Below are positions 18,076-24,444 of a stretch of DNA of 32,000 bases, one piece after another (the first letter of the stretch is position 1; every line of letters starts with the position of its first letter). The DNA comes from Candidatus Electronema halotolerans (lineage in GTDB: Bacteria > Desulfobacterota > Desulfobulbia > Desulfobulbales > Desulfobulbaceae). The translations under genes and the position numbers were made by a program. A model generated the notes under the pieces. It was not told where the DNA came from, did not search any database, and saw only the letters and a list, made by a program, of their open reading frames with translations. The stretch lies in contig OW818675.1 of NCBI GenBank assembly GCA_942493095.1, positions 3,060,001-3,092,000 of the forward strand. The letters are read 5' to 3'.

Positions 18076-18305
18076 TGCAATGCGTCCCAGTCTGCAATGC
18101 CCACTGGCTCAAGCGGGTCGTCATAGCGCAGGACAGAGCCGCGCAGCTCCTCCAGCACCGCCTGCGGCTGCTCCTCAAAGGGAGTGATTTGCAGCACAGG
18201 CCGTCCATGATCGGTGATGATCAGAGGTTTTCGCTGCTGCTCCACTTGGCGGAAGTATTCAAGGGCTTTTGCCTTGAAACGGGATTTCGAGACAGTCTCC
18301 AGCAT
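18072..18305 (-). CDS. Phd/YefM-family type II antitoxin
   Basis: 77 aa (MLETVSKSRFKAKALEYFRQVEQQRKPLIITDHGRPVLQITPFEE...) with a GGAGA RBS. It is coupled to vapC. Confidence 0.8.
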   Translation of the reverse strand: MLETVSKSRFKAKALEYFRQVEQQRKPLIITDHGRPVLQITPFEEQPQAVLEELRGSVLRYDDPLEPVGIADWDALQ

Positions 18306-18334
18306 GGCATTCTCCTGTCAGGGGGAAATAATAT

Positions 18335-18374
18335 TACTATGGTCATAGTAGCATGGTCATATATGCCCTGTCAA
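18335..18374 (-). promoter_or_regulatory. Sigma70-like promoter (TTGACA-18 nt-TACTAT) with an overlapping inverted-repeat operator for the phd-vapC cassette
   Basis: On the minus strand the -35 TTGACA is at 18374..18369 and the -10 TACTAT at 18350..18345. A perfect inverted repeat TACTATG-GT-CATAGTA (18335-18350) covers the -10. The direct repeat atggtcata occurs at 18339 and 18353. Confidence 0.45.
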
Positions 18375-18399
18375 GACAGGATTCAGTCAACAGGGCCGC

Positions 18400-18545
18400 T
18401 CAGACCCGAAAGACCTTCATCACCTCATCACCGAGGTGATTGATCACCTTGACCGCAATCCGGCCTGTGGCAGGCTTGGCAAAAGGACGGGAGGTGTCGC
18501 TGCGCAGGCAATGATATTCCGGGCAGGACTGGTGCCCCTGCGCCG
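18400..18545 (-). pseudogene. Remnant of the C-terminal tail of a DNA methyltransferase
   Basis: The ORF end ...SDTSRPFAKPATGRIAVKVINHLGDEVMKVFRV* resembles the conserved tail I recall from N-4/N-6 DNA methylases. No catalytic region lies upstream. The upstream part of the 66-aa track ORF overlaps the PIN gene's true C-terminal frame. Confidence 0.4.
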
Positions 18546-18547
18546 CA

Positions 18548-18963
18548 TCAGTCAATATCCATGCAGGTTGTGAATCCGGCCTGTTCAAAATGACGGTCAA
18601 GGGTCAACGCTCTCCTTATATTGCGTTCTTGCATGACGACAAAGGACAGGCAATCGGCCAAGCAACGTCCGGCCTTTCACCGTATAGTTGCACCGCTCTG
18701 GCAAGCAGGGCTGAACTCACGGGCACCACTGTAAAGACCGTTTTGCTTTTTTCTATGCCAGTTATCCATCTGTGCGCCGCCTGCCGCCACTTCCGCTTTG
18801 ATAAACCATTACCGATCTCTATCAAAACCGCTTCAGTGGTGACGACCGAGCATTTCCTGCCAACCATTTTCCTGTAACATTCTGCTGCGTTGCCATGATG
18901 CCTGTCGGATGTGTCAATCACCGCCAGCAGAAAAGCGGTGTCCATGAAGACAGTTTCGTTCAT
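18548..18963 (-). pseudogene. PIN-domain (VapC-like) toxin gene interrupted by a frameshift
   Basis: The track ORF 18616..18963 ends ...[22 protein letters not shown]. Shifting frame near 18653-18660 gives [36 protein letters not shown] (stop at 18548-18550), which is the canonical PIN C-terminus including the catalytic Asp. Confidence 0.6.
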
Positions 18964-19187
18964 TGTTTCGGCTTTCCATAGAGGTAATGGTCATGCTGCT
19001 CGGCAAAATCTCCTCTGCCGCTGTCGATGGTGCTGTTGAGCAGGTCAAGCAGCCCCTCCTGCTCCGCATCCAAGGCTGATGCCCGTTCTTTTGTTTTCTC
19101 AAAGAACTGTTTAATGTACTCAGCCACCTTGGTGAGCTGGCTTTCAGACAACTGATTGACCATGCTGATCACTTCCTGACGGGACAT
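18960..19187 (-). CDS. Putative antitoxin partner of the PIN gene (VapB-like small protein)
   Basis: 75 aa (MSRQEVISMVNQLSESQLTKVAEYIKQFF...DFAEQHDHYLYGKPKQ). It overlaps the PIN start in a 4-bp ATGA. The HDxYLYG tail is typical of antitoxins paired with PIN toxins. Confidence 0.6.
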   Translation of the reverse strand: MSRQEVISMVNQLSESQLTKVAEYIKQFFEKTKERASALDAEQEGLLDLLNSTIDSGRGDFAEQHDHYLYGKPKQ

Positions 19188-19202
19188 GTCTGTTCTCCTG
19201 TT

Positions 19203-19568
19203 TCACTTTTCCTGTTCCGCGATTTCCAGCAGCACGTCGTACAAGGTAGGCTCACAACTTTCCCTGACCTCATCCTTATCATGTTTATGATGAGGATGCG
19301 TTGCCACATCAGGATGATGCGGCGCATTGTCGTAGCGAAAGAGGCAGGCATTCCGCTGATCCATATACTGATAGCGATATTTGATCTTTGCCGATCTGTC
19401 GGTATCTTTAAGCTCCATAAATTCAAGACGACAGCCGGTATCAAACTCTACATATCCGCTGATGCAGCCCTGTCTGCTGTTATACTGCTTTTTCCTGAGC
19501 GTTGAACTCTGTATGTTCGGGAACTCCTGAAGCACCTGCTCAACTTCCATGAAGTAATCCGAAATCAT
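19203..19568 (-). CDS. DUF6516/TumE-like putative toxin
   Basis: 121 aa with the motif YRYQYMD...FRYDNAPHHPDVATHPHHKH, which I associate with the TumE-family TA component. It overlaps the upstream small gene in a 4-bp ATGA. Lower GC than the surroundings. Confidence 0.5.
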   Translation of the reverse strand: MISDYFMEVEQVLQEFPNIQSSTLRKKQYNSRQGCISGYVEFDTGCRLEFMELKDTDRSAKIKYRYQYMDQRNACLFRYDNAPHHPDVATHPHHKHDKDEVRESCEPTLYDVLLEIAEQEK

Positions 19569-19873
19569 GCAAGCTCCAGCAGCCGACGCTCATTGTCCAG
19601 CAGCATTTCATAGAGTCCGGCCCAGAGCATGGTCTCTTCACTGTCATCGGTCAGGCCCTGTTCGTACTGCCGGTAAAACTGCTCCGTTGACTGCCCGTGC
19701 TCGGCCTCGAACTTTCTCAGTTCAAGCCGGATACTGAGCAGGCTTTTCCGTATTTCGCTGATTTGGTAGGCAATGATATTCCGGGCAAAAGTCTCTTCAT
19801 CTTCAGTATGCGCCAGAATCGTTTTCAGGCGTTGCTCCGTCTTCGGGTCAACATGCAGTTGCAGTTGAAACAT
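19565..19873 (-). CDS. Small helical protein, putative antitoxin partner of the DUF6516-like gene
   Basis: 102 aa with AGGAGAA 6 nt upstream of ATG 19873, translationally coupled to the downstream gene. I recognise no family. Confidence 0.5.
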   Translation of the reverse strand: MFQLQLHVDPKTEQRLKTILAHTEDEETFARNIIAYQISEIRKSLLSIRLELRKFEAEHGQSTEQFYRQYEQGLTDDSEETMLWAGLYEMLLDNERRLLELA

Positions 19874-19959
19874 ACGTCTGTTCTCCTATTTTTTTTTCAG
19901 TATTCTCGCACACCCCTGTCTTGCATGGCCCGGATGACGGCGGCCCCACGCTGTTGCAG

Positions 19960-20113
19960 GGCATGGAGGCATGGTGAAAAGCGGTATGCCTCGATACCGT
20001 ATCGGCCTATGCAGGCATGGCGTATTCCTCTATGCCAGCATACCGTACTGCCCTATGCCTGCATACCGTATTGCGCCATGCCTGCATAGGCAAAAACGCT
20101 ACGCCTCCATGCC
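19960..20113. repeat. 154-bp element: 11-bp perfect terminal inverted repeats enclosing 4.5 tandem 23-bp units (consensus TATGCCnGCATACCGTAyT)
   Basis: The inverted repeats are GGCATGGAGGC at 19960-19970 and GCCTCCATGCC at 20103-20113. Units start at 19985, 20008, 20031, 20054 and 20078, and each contains a TATGC-NN-GCATA palindrome. Confidence 0.8.
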
Positions 20114-20126
20114 GCTGAACCCGCAC

Positions 20127-23100
20127 CTACGCCTGCCCGGCAATGTCCTCCAGAATGGCCCGGATGATGGCAGCATCCTTATAATCCAACGGCTCACAGA
20201 GGGCGGCTTCATCGCGTCCGCCGCTGAAGATGTGCCGGATGGCGGTGGCAAGGTTAGCGTCCCTTTTAACTACTTTGTCCCAAAACGGCTCCAGCTTCTT
20301 TTGCAAGAATGGGTCTGCGCTTGCCTGCACTACTCCTGCAATCACGTTCTCATTGTCCCAAAGTTGCTGCCGCCAGCCGGGAAAAGCGAAATAAGCCTGC
20401 CTGCTCTTGGCTCTGTACACAGCAGCTTGGTTACCTTTTCCCTGTCGTGCAACAATTTGTGCCAGCAGCTCGTAGCACTTCCATATCTCCGCTGCTGCTG
20501 GGTCCAAAGTTTCAGAAATGACCAATGCTTCCTCAGCAAAGCGGTAGGCTTCGTCCAAACGAGCTGAGTCTTGAGTCAACAGTATGGCAATGTTACAAAG
20601 AACTAAAGCGGCATGGGGCCGATCTGCCGCACCTTGGAACGAATTTAATGCCTTGCGATACCACTGCTCGGCCTCTGAAAGACGACCTGAATCATCACAG
20701 ATCCTGCCGAGCTGATTCCAAGTTGATCCCGCCTTAATTTTCCCATCATCTCCGCCCCATTTCTCGAATAGTTTAGCTGATTGTCGATAAGCCCGCTCTG
20801 CCGCTTCCAATTGTTGCCCTTTATGATAGAGTATGCCAAGCTGATTCCAAACTGCAGCCTCGGATATAGGTTCGTTTATACTTTGCCAAAGCGGCAAGGC
20901 ATCCTGCAACTGTTCAACCGCCTCAGCCAATTTACCTTGCCGTAAGAAAAATGTTCCTATCTGCATTTTGCTTACAGCCATACCCCGTGTATTGCCCTGC
21001 TCTTCAGCCATCCTTAATCCCTCTTGATAGACTCCCTTAGATTCCTCGTAGCGGCCTTGGCGACCTATCACATCGGCCAAATCAGTCAAACAAAAGCCGA
21101 TTTGTTCCTGTACCTCTCCGCTTTGTTCTAACTGAGCCAGCTCAATCAGTCCTTGCCGGTATTGTTGTTCAGCTACAGCAAACTGCTCCTGTGCATGATA
21201 GCAGCGACCTATCCTATGCAAAGTCATGCAGCGATTATAACTGGGAGACTCCCCTAAGCCGACTAAGATATTTTGAAAGATAATTTCCGCTTTTGCGGGA
21301 TGGCCTCCATAGAAAAGCTTATCACCGAAATTACTGCGGGTGACAAACCATGCCTGCGAGCCAACATCTCCGCCAGTTTTACCGACTGTTTCAGCTAAAG
21401 CCTGCTGCTCCCGTTGCATCCCGAAGGCTTGAAGAAAGTAGTTGACCTTGTCAGCAAAGTACGCACCCTCTTCAATCTTATCTTCATGCAAAACGGCATG
21501 GACAGTCCAGAGTAGGTTGGGCAGCTCGTATTGAACTACAGCACGAGCAGCCTGAGGCATCGTCTTGTCTAACTCATACATTGCACTGGAAATTTCGTGA
21601 TATATTTGCCAACAACGTTCCCGCAATCCTGCCAGCTCCTTTGCACTCAACTTTTCCCACAGGGCTGGAGTCAAGGTTGGGTGGAAACACAGCCAGATAT
21701 TCGTCACGCCCGGTATATGCTCTGCCCGTATCAACCCGGAGAGTATCAGGTGATGTCGTAGAATAGACCACTCTGAGGGATAGTCCTTCATTCCTGCCAC
21801 ATTCATCACTATTTCTTCCAACCCTCCCCCCTGAAACACCCCCAACCTCGGCAGCCATTTCCTGCACCGCTCCGGCAGTCGTTCCAAAGACAGCTCCAGC
21901 GAAGCCAGCAGAGAACGATCTTCCCGGTCAGCGGGCTGCGCCTCCAGCAGGGCTTCCAGCCGCTCCCCCAACTCCGCCGGGCGGCGTTCCTTGAGCTGCT
22001 GCGCCAGCAGACCGATGGAGAGCGGATGAAAATCCACCTGCTGAAACAGATTGACCAGGGCACTGCGCTGCGGCATCCCGAATTTCGGTTCCGGCGGCAG
22101 GCGTATCAGCTCGCCGAACCAGTCCAAGGCATCCTGTTCCCCTAAACCCTTGAGGGGCAGGCATTGATGGCGGAAGCTGCCTGCGGCAGGATAGTCGGGA
22201 TGATTGAAATCCGGCTGGCGGGAGGTGAGCAGGACACGGCTCTCCCCGGCCTCTGACCAACGGGTCACCGCGCTCAGTAACTCAGGCAGACCATCCCCGT
22301 CGGCCAAGCTCTCCAGGTTGTCGAGAATCAGCAAGGTCGGAATACGCTTCAAGGCCGCCTCAGCAGCCTCCGCATCCGGCAGGCTCTGATCCAGCACAGT
22401 TGCCAAGGTGCTGATTGTCACACCCACAGGATCAACGCCTTGAAAACCGGCAAAACTGACAAAGCAGACCCGCTTAAACAGCCCGGTGCGCAGCAGCCAG
22501 TACCCCGCCTCCAAGGCAAGATAGGTCTTGCCCTGTCCGCCGAAGCCGGTGACGGAAAAGCGGCGGGTTCCCTGCACAGTCAGGGCACGCTCAATTTGCC
22601 AGAGTTCGCGGGTTCTGCCGAAGAAACCCGACTCCTGCATCTTGGGCAGGTTATGCTTTTTGTCCGGTGCCGGGACTTCGCTCCCCTCCTCCCGGCTCAA
22701 CAACGGACGATTCGGCCCGGTCTGATACAGGGCGGGCAGGAACCAGTCGTGCAGCTCCAGGGTCACGCTCTGATTGCCGCCTGCACCGCGCCGCCGTTCA
22801 CCCCGCTTGGGATCAAAGTACAAGGCGGCACGGGCATCATCCAGAGCCTTGCCCACCGGCTCGCCTCGGAACAGGCTGCTGTAGAAGCGGGCAAAGAGCA
22901 GCCCGGCAGTGGCGACCAAGACCTTGTGCGTCATAGCCAGCACACCGGGAATACCGGCATGGGTGAGCCAGGCCGCCACACTGCTCATGGCATCCTCGGC
23001 ATCCATTGCCGCTGACTGACAGGCGGACAGGACGACTAAGCCGACACGCTGGCGGTGGAACAGCTCGCCCAGCAGGCGGGCTTCCACCAAAGCTTTTTTG

Positions 23101-23957
23101 CCCTGCTCATCCTCAAAGAGCAGATAGCCGGTGTGCTTGGGAGCCGCCGCTGTCTCTCCTTTGCTTTCCGCCTCAAGGAGCAGTTCCTTCATGTACTCCG
23201 GGACATGCGTCTTTGCCGCCTCCCTGCCCAGCTTGCCGCTGCGATCAAAGACCCCGTGCCCGTCAAAATGGATGATATCGACTGCAGGCAGATCCTCATC
23301 GCGCAGTCGCTCTTCGAGTGCCGAGAGTGTGGCCGGGTGGAGGAATTCCACCTCCACCCGCTGCTGTTTCTGTTGCTCCAGCGCATCCAGCACGGCCTGC
23401 GGATCAGTGCGGGGATTGATGAATCCGGCATCTTCCGGGCGGCTGACAATGAAGAGCAGACGCAGCACCGGCTTGGGATTGCGCTTATGGGGCCTGCGTC
23501 CCTCTCCAGCCATAGGCAGACGGCGGCGGATGGAAATGCGCGGGGTCTCGCCGAAGAGAAAAACACCAGTAGATGGACGAATCAGCTCCCAAGGCAGGGA
23601 AAGCACCGCCGGATGATCGGCGGCAATGGTCAGCAGACGGCCTTTTTCCTCCTCGTCCCGGAAATTGCGGTACAGTTCGTAGGCCTTGTCATCCGCCTTG
23701 AACACCGCCTCGAACAGAGCGGTTCCCCAGCGGCGCAGTTGCTCCTTCGCCCTGTCGGCCCGCTCATCATCCGGCTCGGCCCGGTAGCCGGTGCCGTAGT
23801 CCTCCAGATACCAGCGGATTTCCTCCATGTCTTTGTCAGCGAGCGGATTGACAAAGGCAAAGGCCGAGGTCATGTCCGCATATTCATCCTCCGGGATGTG
23901 GAGATGAACAGAGACCTGCGTCGAATCAGGGAAATTGAGCATCAGTTCGGCGGGCAT
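20127..23957 (-). CDS. CHAT (caspase-like protease) - NB-ARC/STAND P-loop NTPase - TPR repeat protein, 1276 aa
   Basis: CHAT signatures are LSLPWELI, IIHFDGHG and VVLSACQS. Walker A is VTGFGGQGKTYLA (nt about 22524-22553) and Walker B is TLLILDNLE. The C-terminal half has multiple TPR-like units (WNQLG...AEQWYRKAL etc.). AGGAGG lies 7 nt upstream of ATG 23957; the track's TTG at 23963 is less likely. Confidence 0.9.
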   Translation of the reverse strand: MPAELMLNFPDSTQVSVHLHIPEDEYADMTSAFAFVNPLADKDMEEIRWYLEDYGTGYRAEPDDERADRAKEQLRRWGTALFEAVFKADDKAYELYRNFRDEEEKGRLLTIAADHPAVLSLPWELIRPSTGVFLFGETPRISIRRRLPMAGEGRRPHKRNPKPVLRLLFIVSRPEDAGFINPRTDPQAVLDALEQQKQQRVEVEFLHPATLSALEERLRDEDLPAVDIIHFDGHGVFDRSGKLGREAAKTHVPEYMKELLLEAESKGETAAAPKHTGYLLFEDEQGKKALVEARLLGELFHRQRVGLVVLSACQSAAMDAEDAMSSVAAWLTHAGIPGVLAMTHKVLVATAGLLFARFYSSLFRGEPVGKALDDARAALYFDPKRGERRRGAGGNQSVTLELHDWFLPALYQTGPNRPLLSREEGSEVPAPDKKHNLPKMQESGFFGRTRELWQIERALTVQGTRRFSVTGFGGQGKTYLALEAGYWLLRTGLFKRVCFVSFAGFQGVDPVGVTISTLATVLDQSLPDAEAAEAALKRIPTLLILDNLESLADGDGLPELLSAVTRWSEAGESRVLLTSRQPDFNHPDYPAAGSFRHQCLPLKGLGEQDALDWFGELIRLPPEPKFGMPQRSALVNLFQQVDFHPLSIGLLAQQLKERRPAELGERLEALLEAQPADREDRSLLASLELSLERLPERCRKWLPRLGVFQGGGLEEIVMNVAGMKDYPSEWSILRHHLILSGLIRAEHIPGVTNIWLCFHPTLTPALWEKLSAKELAGLRERCWQIYHEISSAMYELDKTMPQAARAVVQYELPNLLWTVHAVLHEDKIEEGAYFADKVNYFLQAFGMQREQQALAETVGKTGGDVGSQAWFVTRSNFGDKLFYGGHPAKAEIIFQNILVGLGESPSYNRCMTLHRIGRCYHAQEQFAVAEQQYRQGLIELAQLEQSGEVQEQIGFCLTDLADVIGRQGRYEESKGVYQEGLRMAEEQGNTRGMAVSKMQIGTFFLRQGKLAEAVEQLQDALPLWQSINEPISEAAVWNQLGILYHKGQQLEAAERAYRQSAKLFEKWGGDDGKIKAGSTWNQLGRICDDSGRLSEAEQWYRKALNSFQGAADRPHAALVLCNIAILLTQDSARLDEAYRFAEEALVISETLDPAAAEIWKCYELLAQIVARQGKGNQAAVYRAKSRQAYFAFPGWRQQLWDNENVIAGVVQASADPFLQKKLEPFWDKVVKRDANLATAIRHIFSGGRDEAALCEPLDYKDAAIIRAILEDIAGQA

Positions 23958-23959
23958 GA

Positions 23960-24382
23960 TCAAGCCTCCTTGCAGATGGCCGTGCAGCCAAGATGGATGA
24001 CAATTACAGCCAAGGCCACGGCCAGCACCTGCAAGGCATTGCCGGAAAAGCCCATTCCCACGAGGAGCGCACCGAATGACTTCAGCACGGCCTCATTGCT
24101 CAGGTCGCCCCACTTCCGCCACTGCGTATTCAGCACCCCATCTTCTTTGCAGAGATCATTATGGGCTGCTTTCTTAAACCGCTGCCAGAAGCTGCGCGGC
24201 TCCTCCTTGGTGATCTTCTCAATGACCCGCCACTGCACAGGCAGGAGTTCGGGATTCTCCTGCTTATCTTGCCTGCCGCCTTTATGGACAGCGGTTGACG
24301 GATCGGCTTGCAGCTCGGCAAGTTGCCGGTCAATCTGGGCGGACAAGCTGGCAAGCTGATCAGAGGTGAACGGGATGGACAT
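23960..24382 (-). CDS. Hypothetical 140-aa protein with a charged N-terminal region and a C-terminal hydrophobic (TM/hairpin-like) segment; translationally coupled to the CHAT-STAND gene
   Basis: ATG 24382 is preceded by AAGGAG at 7 nt; the track's TTG at 24400 lies upstream of the RBS. The C-terminus is FGALLVGMGFSGNALQVLAVALAVIVIHLGCTAICKEA*. Stop TGA at 23960-23962 is 2 nt from the next ATG. Confidence 0.7.
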   Translation of the reverse strand: MSIPFTSDQLASLSAQIDRQLAELQADPSTAVHKGGRQDKQENPELLPVQWRVIEKITKEEPRSFWQRFKKAAHNDLCKEDGVLNTQWRKWGDLSNEAVLKSFGALLVGMGFSGNALQVLAVALAVIVIHLGCTAICKEA

Positions 24383-24444
24383 GGACAGGCTCCTTATCAA
24401 AAACTGGTGGATGGATCAGTGATTGAGCAAGCGCAGAACCGTGC

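Noticed and set aside
18546-18600. N-terminal part ([18 protein letters not shown]...) of the 66-aa track ORF 18400..18600 as a genuine small gene.
   Set aside because: This stretch is the out-of-frame reading of the PIN gene's true C-terminus. Only the distal tail looks like a methylase remnant.
23055-24359. 434-aa plus-strand ORF antisense to the CHAT region and the small upstream gene.
   Set aside because: Same antisense artefact. It has no recognisable motifs or RBS, and the opposite strand carries the CHAT motifs and coupled RBS/start signals.
17548-24444. Calling the whole accessory patch a discrete mobile element, prophage or integrative island.
   Set aside because: There is no integrase, transposase or tRNA, and no flanking direct repeats at its borders. 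Only compositional and gene-content evidence supports it, so I describe it as an accessory patch rather than a mobile element.
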